From positions 48,064 to 112,063 of IMG/VR virus record IMGVR_UViG_3300021426_000073: a stretch of DNA of 64,000 bases; one strand, given 5' to 3'. The notes under the pieces are model-generated. The model ran no database searches. It had not been told where the DNA came from and was given only the letters and a program-made list of their open reading frames with translations. This stretch comes from a virus. Taxonomy: Duplodnaviria; Caudoviricetes. This document shows, piece by piece, positions 1 through 9,303 of the stretch (the stretch's first letter is position 1; the number at the start of each line of letters is the position of its first letter). The translations under genes were made by a program, and so were the position numbers.

Positions 1-2
1 TA

Positions 3-575
3 AAAGAGATAGACTTAGCAACAAATATGCGTGGTATGAGTGCCGTTCAAGGCACAGGATTAAGATGTGATGCTGGTAATGCGAAATTAAGAACAGGTAC
101 AAATTTTGATTATGCAGGTATATATGAAATAGAAATACCTTTTGGTACTTTTGATAGAACTACCGCCGTTCGTAATGGAAACAATTTTATACTAACAATA
201 GGTAGAGGTACATACGCTCTTATGCTTTGCTATCAATATAACTCAAGCACAGATACAGGAAAATGGTGGGTTCACGACCAAACAGGTGCTAACGTATATC
301 TTGATTATGGCGATAATGACCCATATTTCTTTGAAAACAAAACATTGCATCTATTCTATGGTGCAAAGATTGTTGATGGAGAAATAGTAAGGGATGCTAA
401 CAGAGGTTATTTTTATGTTGATGATGTTCAATTAAATTCAATAGGTGCTTATTTGACAGGTGATATAGATAATGGCGTACAAGTATTTATGTTAGGCGAT
501 GGCAGAGGAAGTGGTGGATTCATTGGTGTTGTTTATGAAAGTTTAAAGGTATATCAATATTTCAACAAATATTAA
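3..575 (+). CDS. C-terminal part of a phage tail/structural protein (frame open at window edge)
   Basis: No stop from base 3 to TAA 573-575; beta-rich Gly/Tyr/Asn composition; precedes tail-fibre genes. Confidence 0.55.
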   Translation, partial: KEIDLATNMRGMSAVQGTGLRCDAGNAKLRTGTNFDYAGIYEIEIPFGTFDRTTAVRNGNNFILTIGRGTYALMLCYQYNSSTDTGKWWVHDQTGANVYLDYGDNDPYFFENKTLHLFYGAKIVDGEIVRDANRGYFYVDDVQLNSIGAYLTGDIDNGVQVFMLGDGRGSGGFIGVVYESLKVYQYFNKY

Positions 576-683
576 ACACCAGTTAGCCTTATGAGTGCAA
601 GTCCATCTGAAAGCAAATCATCAAGTGAATCCGAATGAAAGACGGATGATGAAAAATCTGTCGAATATGTTGAATATTAATAA

Positions 684-712
684 TTAAGGGACTGCTTCGG
701 TAGTCCCTTAAA
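684..712 (+). terminator. Stem-loop, probable intrinsic terminator
   Basis: TTAAGGGACTGC-TTCG-GTAGTCCCTTAA hairpin. Confidence 0.55.
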
Positions 713-735
713 TAATTTTTTAAGGAGGTTTTCCT

Positions 736-927
736 ATGATTACAAATGATACTATTAAAAATCAAGGCGATGATGTAAAAGGATTTATAGGCTTATCCAC
801 AGATGATAAACCGATTGATAAAATTAATGGAATCACATTAAAAAACGGAATGTATTTTTACGAAATTGACACTTGCGATGTTTATATGTTTAGTGAAAAA
901 ACACATGAATGGATTGTTCAAGACTAG
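736..927 (+). CDS. Small tail-associated hypothetical protein
   Basis: AAGGAGG RBS; GLSTDDKP...NG..FYEIDT..VYMF motif resembling small proteins next to tail genes. Confidence 0.7.
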   Translation: MITNDTIKNQGDDVKGFIGLSTDDKPIDKINGITLKNGMYFYEIDTCDVYMFSEKTHEWIVQD

Positions 928-941
928 AAAGGAGTTAATCT

Positions 942-1973
942 ATGGATATTATCACATTATCTTTGGCTAAAAAATATACTGCTAATACTGCTGATGCTTT
1001 AGGTGCGGTAAAAGGTGCTCCTTGTAAAATAAAAAACATAGAATCTACATCTGAAGGAAACACTGTTACTTTTGAATGGAAAGGTGATAGCGGACAAATT
1101 CAGACACGTACAATGATTGTTAAAAATGGTACTGATGGTGAACAAGGTGCTTCTATTGCTTCCGCTGTTGTTACACAAGATGGTAATTTGATATTAACAT
1201 TAACTGATGGTACAGTGGTCGACTGTGGCGTAGTTACAGGTCAAGCACAATTGCAACAACCATTAACTGCTACAGTTGAAATCGGTACAGTAACAAACGG
1301 AAAAACATATGCCAAAGGAACAAATCTGGAACAAATTATAAGAGATATGCTTATTAAATATTTACCGCCTGCTATTTCTTTAACTACTACTCCTGCTACT
1401 AAACTATACGACATTGTAACAGATAGTGTTGCTACTATTCTTTTAAAGGCAGCAGTAACGAAAAAGACAAACAATGTAACAAAAGTTTCGTTTTACGTAG
1501 GAGATACGTTGGTTAATGAAGTAACTTCTGGTGTTGCTTCAGGCGGAAATTTTCAATTCCAATACACACCAGATACTGCCATTAGAACAGATGTAACGTT
1601 TAAGGCTACTGCTACTGATGGCAAACAAACAAGCACTTCTTCTTATGCGATTAAATTTGTAGGAAGAAGTTATTATGGTATTTGTGATGCTTCAGTATCT
1701 GACCCAGATGAAACTACTATTAAGAGTGGCTCTAATGTATTAAAGGATACTAGAAACTTGACATATTCTGGTATTACTACAAGTTGGGGTAAAGTATTTT
1801 ATGCATATCCAAAGAGTTTTGGTGCATTAACATATATTAAAGATGAAGTAAACAATATTAACTATTGGGACAGTTTTCAACGCAGCGATGTAACGATAGA
1901 TGGTGTTCCATGTTATTGTTATACATTAATAGAACCAACTGGTGCAACAGATAATCAGATAGTATTTAAATAA
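942..1973 (+). CDS. Tail fibre/structural protein with Ig-like domain
   Basis: RBS; Thr-rich beta composition; short GxxGxxG stretch; C-terminal YYG domain similar to next gene. Confidence 0.65.
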   Translation: MDIITLSLAKKYTANTADALGAVKGAPCKIKNIESTSEGNTVTFEWKGDSGQIQTRTMIVKNGTDGEQGASIASAVVTQDGNLILTLTDGTVVDCGVVTGQAQLQQPLTATVEIGTVTNGKTYAKGTNLEQIIRDMLIKYLPPAISLTTTPATKLYDIVTDSVATILLKAAVTKKTNNVTKVSFYVGDTLVNEVTSGVASGGNFQFQYTPDTAIRTDVTFKATATDGKQTSTSSYAIKFVGRSYYGICDASVSDPDETTIKSGSNVLKDTRNLTYSGITTSWGKVFYAYPKSFGALTYIKDEVNNINYWDSFQRSDVTIDGVPCYCYTLIEPTGATDNQIVFK

Positions 1974-1987
1974 GGAGGAAGATAAAA

Positions 1988-3556
1988 ATGGCTATTAGTT
2001 TAATGGACAATCTTGATATTAGAAAATCTACTCCTAATGTTAAGAGAGATATGTTTGAAACTATTGCTGATATGAAAGACTATAATGAAAATTATCTTCC
2101 TCAAGTATTTATTTCAACTTGTGTTGAAGATGGTTGCATTTATATTTTTAATAAGGGCAATATAGTGGATGACACAACTGGCAAATGGAGAAAGTTCGAG
2201 GGTGGAACTGCCGATTTGCTAAACTATTACAACAAAACAGAAGTCGATACACTTCTTGATGATAAAGTAGATAAAGAAACTGGAAAAGGTCTATCTACTA
2301 ATGATTATGACGATGATGAAAAAGGACAAGTACAACAGAACAAAGAAGATATTGCAACTCTAAACGGAGATGCAACTGTTACTGGTTCTGTTGATAGCAA
2401 AGTAGCACAAGGCGTACAAGATGCTAAAAACTACACAGATGAGCAAATCGCACTTATAAATATTGACGAAGCTATTAAGTGTGATACTATGCCTACATAT
2501 GATAGTGCTACAGATAAAATAACTTATATTAAAGACGGCACTTCTACTACAATAGATGCTGATGCAATATGGTTCTACTATGAAGATAATGATAAACTCA
2601 TGCAGTCAATTCTTATTGATGGTGAATGGACTACTATTGTTTCAGCTGGTAGTGTTAATTTTGCTGATTATGTATCAAAAACAAATGATGTTGTAAGTAC
2701 ATATACAGGCGATGAAGTTATTACTTCTAAAGTTCCTGACATTGCTGCAATGAAGGCTTTGCAGGCTATTGTAGAAACAGAACTTGATGATAAGGTTAGT
2801 ATTTCACAAGGTTCTACAAATGCAGATAAGGCTGTTATTACTGATGAAAACGGTGATATTACTCTTGCTCCACTATCTACTCTTGGTGGAGATGCAGAAA
2901 ACATAACTTACACTAACACAGACTTTCCTACATACACAGATGTAGATAAGGCACTTGATGCTATATTGGCAAAACTTTACTATGTAGAACCAGCAATTAC
3001 AAGTTTCACTTCTACTCCATCGACTCTCACATATGAGAACGGTGCAGTTATTACTGGTGGCGTTGTATTTAACTGGACATACAATAAAGATATGACAACT
3101 CAGACTCTTACTGACTGTACGCTTGCTGATGAAACAGTAAGAACGGCTACATATGAAAATGATATTTCAGCAAGCAAAACATTTACTCTTAATTGTGGTG
3201 ATGGTGAAAAGACTGCTAGTAAGTCAATAGCATTCCAGTTTATGAACAAAGTATACTGGGGTGTTTCAGCAGATCAAGATACTTATACTGATGCATGGAT
3301 ATTAGGTTTGAGCGGAAGTAAGTTAGCAACTAATGCAAAAGGCAGTTACAACTTTACTGCTGGTACTGGTCAGTATTGCTACTTCGCTCTTCCAACATCA
3401 ATGAGTATTACGGTTAAAGTAAATGGATTTGATACAGACCTTGATACAGTTGTTGCAAGTAAATCATTCCAGAATGCGAGTGGCTACACAACAACATATA
3501 AAATAGTTAGATTACATCAGCCAAGTCTTGGTACTTTGACTGCTGTAGTTAGTTAG
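1988..3556 (+). CDS. Tail fibre protein
   Basis: RBS; NYYNKTEVD and KVDKETGKGLSTNDY motifs typical of phage fibre/head-fibre proteins. Confidence 0.7.
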   Translation: MAISLMDNLDIRKSTPNVKRDMFETIADMKDYNENYLPQVFISTCVEDGCIYIFNKGNIVDDTTGKWRKFEGGTADLLNYYNKTEVDTLLDDKVDKETGKGLSTNDYDDDEKGQVQQNKEDIATLNGDATVTGSVDSKVAQGVQDAKNYTDEQIALINIDEAIKCDTMPTYDSATDKITYIKDGTSTTIDADAIWFYYEDNDKLMQSILIDGEWTTIVSAGSVNFADYVSKTNDVVSTYTGDEVITSKVPDIAAMKALQAIVETELDDKVSISQGSTNADKAVITDENGDITLAPLSTLGGDAENITYTNTDFPTYTDVDKALDAILAKLYYVEPAITSFTSTPSTLTYENGAVITGGVVFNWTYNKDMTTQTLTDCTLADETVRTATYENDISASKTFTLNCGDGEKTASKSIAFQFMNKVYWGVSADQDTYTDAWILGLSGSKLATNAKGSYNFTAGTGQYCYFALPTSMSITVKVNGFDTDLDTVVASKSFQNASGYTTTYKIVRLHQPSLGTLTAVVS

Positions 3557-3566
3557 GAGGTTATAA

Positions 3567-5144
3567 ATGGCAATTAGATTAGCCGATACTGCTCGTCCTA
3601 ATAACTATGTTGATCCTGAGCATCTGGGAACTTTCCCAGTTGCTTATGCAGAGGACGTGTGGTTTGCGGATGGTACAAGATTAAGTGAAAAAACTTTCGA
3701 GGGTCAGAGTATTCAGAAAGAGGAATTACCTCTTGCGACTGCTATTGAAGAAGGAAATATATATCAGTATATTGGTGCTGATGGTACATATAAAAATGGT
3801 CGCTTTTATATTTGTAAGTATGTGGGTAGTTCTAATTATTCGTGGTCAGAAATACCAATGGTTACTAATCCTGTTGTATATAGTGAAACTATTCCGTTGG
3901 TAGCCGGATATAACAGTGGTGCAATAGTATGTTACACTGGCGAGAATAGTGGTGATTTCACAAAAGGACATTTATATCAAAAGAATGAAACATCTTATAC
4001 TTATTATTATTGGACATTTTATAGAGATTTAGAAAAAACACAGCCATACATATTCTATACAAGAGAAGAAACATTAGCTAATGGTGTAAATGTATATCAA
4101 GCTGATCCTACAACTGGAGAAGGCAATATATCACTTGTTGGTTCTATTACTAATTATCAAGAGTGGAGCTTTTTTGTAAATAGTTCAAGTACTGTTCAGT
4201 ATTTCTATCCCGAAGCTAATACTTCAAAAAATAGAAATGTTGCAGAGGGTAATTGGATTGATATAGGTGGCGGTAATGCGGTTGGTGGAATTATAGATGT
4301 AGAAACTCTGCCAACATCTGATATTAAAAATACATTTTATAGAACTAAAGAAGATGTTGGTGGAAAAACTAGAACAATAGAAGTGAGTCTTACGTCTGCA
4401 ATGTCTTTTGATGAAAAGGTTGCATATCTTTCACAATACTTTATAGTACATCCAGACCAAGCTAATAATCGTATAGATATAGAAACATATCCTGATTTAT
4501 ATATGACCAGAGCATCTTGGACGAAGCATTATTCTGTTCCTGAAGAAACTTTAGCTTTAATGTATTTAAATACAGAAAGAATTGAACTTAATTGGGATGC
4601 AGATAATACTGGTACTCCACAGACAGAAACCAGTATGGTAATGCCTTTACTGTTTTCTTCTTCTCATTTTCCTAGTGCAGTGTATTATGCTGGAGATGAA
4701 ATAAATCAGACTACTGAACGTATGGCAACATACGAAGATATACCAAAAGAATTTATAGGCACACAAGCTGAATGGGATTCTCTTACCGCTGATGAGAAAG
4801 CACAATATATCATTGTTAATATCACTGATGATACTAACACCAACGGAAAATTTATTGATATTACTTCACAATGTACCGTAGTTCTTGGTACAGCAAAGGT
4901 TATGAAGTGTGGACAGATTGTTGTGGTAAATGGCTATGCACCTAAAGTGAGTGGTTCTAATGGCTTTAGAGAGGTTATAACGAGAGTCCCTGTACCAATA
5001 AGTAATGGTACTTCTAATACAGCAATTGGCAATGCATTGCATACGTCTACTCAGAGTGTGAGGGTAACAGATTCTATACTGAGGGTGTACTGTTCAACAT
5101 CCACTGAAACAAATTATAGTATTATGTACTTGACAGATGAATAA
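3567..5144 (+). CDS. Tail fibre/receptor-binding protein
   Basis: GGAGG RBS; mosaic sequence; FIGTQAEWDSLT..EK motif of phage fibre proteins. Confidence 0.65.
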   Translation: MAIRLADTARPNNYVDPEHLGTFPVAYAEDVWFADGTRLSEKTFEGQSIQKEELPLATAIEEGNIYQYIGADGTYKNGRFYICKYVGSSNYSWSEIPMVTNPVVYSETIPLVAGYNSGAIVCYTGENSGDFTKGHLYQKNETSYTYYYWTFYRDLEKTQPYIFYTREETLANGVNVYQADPTTGEGNISLVGSITNYQEWSFFVNSSSTVQYFYPEANTSKNRNVAEGNWIDIGGGNAVGGIIDVETLPTSDIKNTFYRTKEDVGGKTRTIEVSLTSAMSFDEKVAYLSQYFIVHPDQANNRIDIETYPDLYMTRASWTKHYSVPEETLALMYLNTERIELNWDADNTGTPQTETSMVMPLLFSSSHFPSAVYYAGDEINQTTERMATYEDIPKEFIGTQAEWDSLTADEKAQYIIVNITDDTNTNGKFIDITSQCTVVLGTAKVMKCGQIVVVNGYAPKVSGSNGFREVITRVPVPISNGTSNTAIGNALHTSTQSVRVTDSILRVYCSTSTETNYSIMYLTDE

Positions 5145-5158
5145 TCGGAGGTGAAATT

Positions 5159-6040
5159 ATGAGTGTAAATAGATATAACTCCGCAACAGGAGAACTTGAA
5201 AAAATTGCAGGTGGTACCTTATATGCGGATGCACCGATTGGTACTATTAGTCCTTTCGGTGGTTCAGCGATCCCTAGTGGATATTTACTTTGTGATGGTA
5301 CGGAGGTTCTTAAAACCGCCTACGCAGAGTTGTATGCAGTAATAGGTGATGCTTTCGGAACAGCGAGTGATAATACAAAATTTGTGTTGCCCGATTTAAG
5401 AGAGGCTACAACAAAAGGTGTTGGATTAAGCGGCAAAAGTGAAAATCATTATAGTGAAACTGGTGTTGTCCTCGGTGAGTTTATAGAGGATAGATTACAG
5501 TCACATACTCATGGTATTAGAAATGGTTTTGATGGTGCTGACCCCGATAGTGCAGAACGTGGTGATGGTAGGCATGGCTACTCTGCCAAATCAAATGATG
5601 CGTCGGGACGTACTGGTAACACTACCGAAGTTAAAGCAGTAGGTGTCAACTACATCATCAAAGCTAAACAGATTGCAATACCTGCTGACATTCAGTCAGC
5701 CATTGAAGAACAGAACTCCTACTCTACTGAGGAAACTTATACTGGCAAGAGATGGATAGATGGTAAACCGATTTATAGAAAAGTGCTTGTAAGAACAGGA
5801 AGTGCCTCTGGTACGGGTGAATTAACAATAGGAACAATTGACAATTTTGCACAACTTGTCAATATTACAACTATAACAAATTCAAATGCTGGTAGCAACC
5901 AAGAGGTAGAATTTTATAGATATCGTGATAGTAGATTATTGATATCAAATGGAACTGCGGCAGTCAAGATGGACAGGGTTAGTAATTACAATATTGACAA
6001 AGTAACTATGATTGTAGAATACACCAAAACTACAGATTAA
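5159..6040 (+). CDS. Tail-collar domain fibre protein
   Basis: PIGTISPFGGSAIPSGYLLCDG...YAELYAVIG..F..PDLR collar motif; YSTEE..TGKRWIDGKPIYRK C-terminal module. Confidence 0.85.
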   Translation: MSVNRYNSATGELEKIAGGTLYADAPIGTISPFGGSAIPSGYLLCDGTEVLKTAYAELYAVIGDAFGTASDNTKFVLPDLREATTKGVGLSGKSENHYSETGVVLGEFIEDRLQSHTHGIRNGFDGADPDSAERGDGRHGYSAKSNDASGRTGNTTEVKAVGVNYIIKAKQIAIPADIQSAIEEQNSYSTEETYTGKRWIDGKPIYRKVLVRTGSASGTGELTIGTIDNFAQLVNITTITNSNAGSNQEVEFYRYRDSRLLISNGTAAVKMDRVSNYNIDKVTMIVEYTKTTD

Positions 6041-6107
6041 AATAAATAAGGGTTTCTTTATAAAATATTAAGGATTTATAATTAATATTTATAAAGGAGA
6101 TATATAA

Positions 6108-6344
6108 ATGTGCAAAAATATAAAACTTTGTTCTTTAATTAAACCAGAAATAGATAGGTGTTATGAGCTATGCAACTTCACATATGATGAATCTGAATAT
6201 TTTAAACTTAAAACTAAAGATAAATCTAATGTAGCTATAGCACAAGAAATGAATGTTAGTGAAGCACAAGTTTCTAAACTTGCACGCAGAGTAAAGGATA
6301 AAATATTAAAACTAATTGAATTAGGATTATTAGATATGGAGTGA
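6108..6344 (+). CDS. Small HTH regulator (LuxR/GerE/sigma region 4-like)
   Basis: SNVAIAQEMNVSEAQVSKLARRVKDKI helix-turn-helix. Confidence 0.7.
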   Translation: MCKNIKLCSLIKPEIDRCYELCNFTYDESEYFKLKTKDKSNVAIAQEMNVSEAQVSKLARRVKDKILKLIELGLLDME

Positions 6345-6365
6345 TGAAAGTCACTCCATTTTTTT
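6336..6365 (+). terminator. Intrinsic terminator after HTH gene
   Basis: ATGGAGTGA-TGAAAG-TCACTCCAT followed by T run. Confidence 0.6.
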
Positions 6366-6460
6366 ACAATTTTTGTATAATTTTCATAAATGAGGTGTAT
6401 AAGTACACCTCATTTTTTTACTCTATACTATTACTATAAAACAACGAAAGGTTATATGTT

Positions 6461-6841
6461 ATGGGATACGTTTATTACAATCCTAATCCTAAAGCATTGC
6501 GAGTTGGGGATTGCACAGTTCGTGCAATCTCTAAACTCTTAAGCCAAGATTGGGAAACAACATATATTCAACTTTGCTTGCAAGGGCTTGAAATGAATGA
6601 TATGCCATCATCTAATAATGTTTGGGGTTCATTCCTTATGAGCAAAGGATATCAAAGATATATTATACTAGACTCTTGCCCTAACTGTTATACGGTTAAA
6701 GATTTCTGTATTGATCATTCGACAGGAGATTATTTACTTTGTACTGGAACGCACGTTGTTGCAGTTATGGATGGAGGAAATTACTTTGACACTTGGGATA
6801 GTGGCGATGAAGTTCCTGTGTTTTATTTTAGAAAGGAGTAA
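6461..6841 (+). CDS. Hypothetical protein with putative papain/transglutaminase-like Cys-His-Asp triad
   Basis: GDCTVRAI ... GTHVVAV ... YFDTWDSG motifs. Confidence 0.55.
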   Translation: MGYVYYNPNPKALRVGDCTVRAISKLLSQDWETTYIQLCLQGLEMNDMPSSNNVWGSFLMSKGYQRYIILDSCPNCYTVKDFCIDHSTGDYLLCTGTHVVAVMDGGNYFDTWDSGDEVPVFYFRKE

Positions 6842-6844
6842 AAA

Positions 6845-7243
6845 ATGGCATTTAATATTCCTACAAATTACCAACAAATATATTACCCACAACCAGCACC
6901 ACAAATGCCTCAGCAACAACAGAGTTGCAACATAACATGGGTATCTGGAGAAGCTGGTGCTAAATCATATTTGGTAGCCCCTAATACTACTGTTCAACTT
7001 TGGGATAGCGAATCACAGACTATCTATTTAAAATCAGCAGATGCATCGGGTATGCCTACAATAAAGACGTTAGATTACACGATAAGAGATACTCAAGTTC
7101 CAAATCCTAGCGTGAATGTTATGGAGCGTGAAGAAACTTCTTATGTAACAAAAGATGAATTTGATGATTTAAAAGACGAGCTAGAACAGATAAAAGATAA
7201 ACTCTATTCAGAAAAAGAAAACAATAAAAGATTTAGGGGGTAA
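6845..7243 (+). CDS. Gln/Pro-rich hypothetical protein
   Basis: RBS; WVSGEAGAKSYLVAPN..LWDSE...IYLKSADASG core; coiled-coil tail. Confidence 0.75.
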   Translation: MAFNIPTNYQQIYYPQPAPQMPQQQQSCNITWVSGEAGAKSYLVAPNTTVQLWDSESQTIYLKSADASGMPTIKTLDYTIRDTQVPNPSVNVMEREETSYVTKDEFDDLKDELEQIKDKLYSEKENNKRFRG

Positions 7244-7248
7244 ATATT

Positions 7249-7452
7249 ATGGGTAATCCTTTATTTAATACTTATGGAAATAATAATATTATACAAAAAT
7301 TTATGCAATTTAAAAATTCATATAACGGAGACCCTAAACAACAAATACAACAAATGTTGAATAGCGGTCAACTAACACAAGAACAATACAATCAAGCAGT
7401 TGAAAAAGCAAATCAATTGCAGATGTTATTAAACGGATTTAAAAATATATAG
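7249..7452 (+). CDS. Small Gln-rich hypothetical protein
   Basis: DPKQQIQQMLNSGQLTQEQYNQ; co-oriented in module. Confidence 0.75.
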   Translation: MGNPLFNTYGNNNIIQKFMQFKNSYNGDPKQQIQQMLNSGQLTQEQYNQAVEKANQLQMLLNGFKNI

Positions 7453-7517
7453 CATACACTAGACAAAATTCACACGATATATATTGCAATATATAAATAA
7501 ATTTAAGGAGGTTCATT

Positions 7518-8312
7518 ATGGCTTTAGATGGAAATGAAGGAATGGTAATGCCAGTATCACCTATGTATGGTGGTAATGGTGGCGGATTCGGAAATGGTTT
7601 CGGAGACGGCTCTGGCTGGTGGATTTTACTTCTCTTTATCTTATTAGGCGGTTGGAACAACGGCTTTGGCGGTAATGGAAATGGCACTCCATATGTAGTT
7701 GGTAACACTGTACAAGATGGTTTTAATCAAGCTGCTTTGACAAGTGGTATTGGCGATATTCAGAGTGCTCTTTGTAATGGTTTCGCAGGTGTAAATTCAA
7801 ATGTGGCTAATGGATTTGCCCAAGCAGAAATCGCAGATAACTCAAGACAAATTGCTAATATGCAGCAATCATTCGCAAATCAGACAGCTATGAATAGTGG
7901 CTTTAACGCTCTCCAGTCACAGCTAGCAAGTTGTTGTTGCGAATCAAGACTTGCATCAGCCAACTTACAGAATGTAATCCAGTCTGAAAATTGTGCTGAC
8001 AGAAGTACTATTAGCGATGGCATAAGAGATATTCTTGTTGCTAACAACAATAATACTCAGCGTATTTTAGATCAATTATGTAATGATAAGATTGATGCTA
8101 AAAACGAGAAAATTGCTGATCTTGAGAGACAACTTACAATGGCTAACTTATCAGCTAGTCAGAATACTCAAACACAAACACTACTTGCAGATAACTTTGC
8201 TCAAACAAGTGCTTTAGAGCAATATCTTGCACCAGTACCTAGACCTGCATACATCGTGCAGAATCCTAATTGCTGTGCTCAGAATGTAGGCTGTGGTTGC
8301 GGTTCATACTAG
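7518..8312 (+). CDS. Gly-rich, hydrophobic-segment, coiled-coil Cys-rich protein (spore-coat-like)
   Basis: AAGGAGG RBS; GFG repeats, WWILLLFILLGGW, CCC, terminal CC..CGCG. Confidence 0.75.
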   Translation: MALDGNEGMVMPVSPMYGGNGGGFGNGFGDGSGWWILLLFILLGGWNNGFGGNGNGTPYVVGNTVQDGFNQAALTSGIGDIQSALCNGFAGVNSNVANGFAQAEIADNSRQIANMQQSFANQTAMNSGFNALQSQLASCCCESRLASANLQNVIQSENCADRSTISDGIRDILVANNNNTQRILDQLCNDKIDAKNEKIADLERQLTMANLSASQNTQTQTLLADNFAQTSALEQYLAPVPRPAYIVQNPNCCAQNVGCGCGSY

Positions 8313-8329
8313 AAATGAGGTGATTACTT

Positions 8330-8812
8330 ATGGCTGAATATACAAACGCTGCTATTCAATCTGTATCACCTAGTCAGCCTGTATTATTGAATACAACTAT
8401 TGGCTGCCCAAAAGGATATGTTATCCATCGTGAGGGAAGTGGTATCTTAACATTAAGGGGCATTGTAAATTGTCCTAATTCATGCTTTGCAAGATACCAA
8501 GTAACATTTAATGGCAATATAGCCATACCTGAAGGTGGTACTGCTCCAGCTCCTGTTAGCGTTTCTATCGCAATTGACGGAGAACCGTTAACAACTAGTA
8601 AGGCTATTGTTACGCCAGCTGCTGCTGCAGAAGCTCCACCATCAACAAACAACTACTTTAATGTAACGAGTACGGCTATAGTAACTGTACCTAGAGGCTG
8701 TTGCTTTAATATTTCTGTAGAGAATACAAGCGAAAGCTTAACTCCAGCTACTACTCCAGCTCCTACAATTAATGTAGCAAACGCTAACCTTGTTGTTAGC
8801 CGAATAGCGTAG
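8330..8812 (+). CDS. Beta-sandwich protein (possibly BclA C-terminal/C1q-like)
   Basis: RBS; alternating beta pattern YQVTFNGNI...VSIAIDGE...NANLVVSR. Confidence 0.6.
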   Translation: MAEYTNAAIQSVSPSQPVLLNTTIGCPKGYVIHREGSGILTLRGIVNCPNSCFARYQVTFNGNIAIPEGGTAPAPVSVSIAIDGEPLTTSKAIVTPAAAAEAPPSTNNYFNVTSTAIVTVPRGCCFNISVENTSESLTPATTPAPTINVANANLVVSRIA

Positions 8813-8828
8813 AGAGGAGGATTTTGAT

Positions 8829-9203
8829 ATGATAGATGCTATGGATAAATTATGCGACACTCTATACAAAGCATTAGATGAAGTATCTGAAAAACCATTA
8901 ACAACTTCTTCTTTAGATAATATTTTTAAAATTGTTGGTTCAATTTATAAATTAGAGAAGATGGAGAAGAAAGATGATGGTTATTCATCAAACTCTTCTT
9001 ATGCTAGAGGAAGTTCCATGAGATATGGTCAGAATAGTTACGGACGTGATTATATGCGTGGTAATTCGAACGACTATATCATGGGTACAAGCAGACATAA
9101 CAAAGAAGATGTCAAAATGGAACTTTACAAATTAATGCAAGATACTGATGATGAAAATGTCAAAGATATGTTGCAGAACTTTATAAGAGAAATGGAAAGA
9201 TAA
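8829..9203 (+). CDS. Hypothetical protein, last gene of + strand module
   Basis: GGAGG RBS; helical ends with Ser/Tyr/Arg/Gly-rich linker. Confidence 0.75.
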   Translation: MIDAMDKLCDTLYKALDEVSEKPLTTSSLDNIFKIVGSIYKLEKMEKKDDGYSSNSSYARGSSMRYGQNSYGRDYMRGNSNDYIMGTSRHNKEDVKMELYKLMQDTDDENVKDMLQNFIREMER

Positions 9204-9224
9204 ATCCTATCTGAATACTATGTC

Positions 9225-9262
9225 AAAAAGGGAGGCGTACCGAAAATGGTACGCCTCTTTAT
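9225..9262. terminator. Bidirectional intrinsic terminator between convergent genome arms
   Basis: AAAAGGGAGGCGTACC-GAAAAT-GGTACGCCTCTTTT with A run before and T run after. Confidence 0.8.
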
Positions 9263-9303
9263 TTAGGAATAATTAATGATTCTATTAAAGAATCCTTAAT
9301 AGC

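Noticed and set aside
942-6040. Diversity-generating retroelement acting on tail fibres
   Set aside because: No reverse transcriptase and no TR/VR pair with adenine-specific differences noticed in this window.
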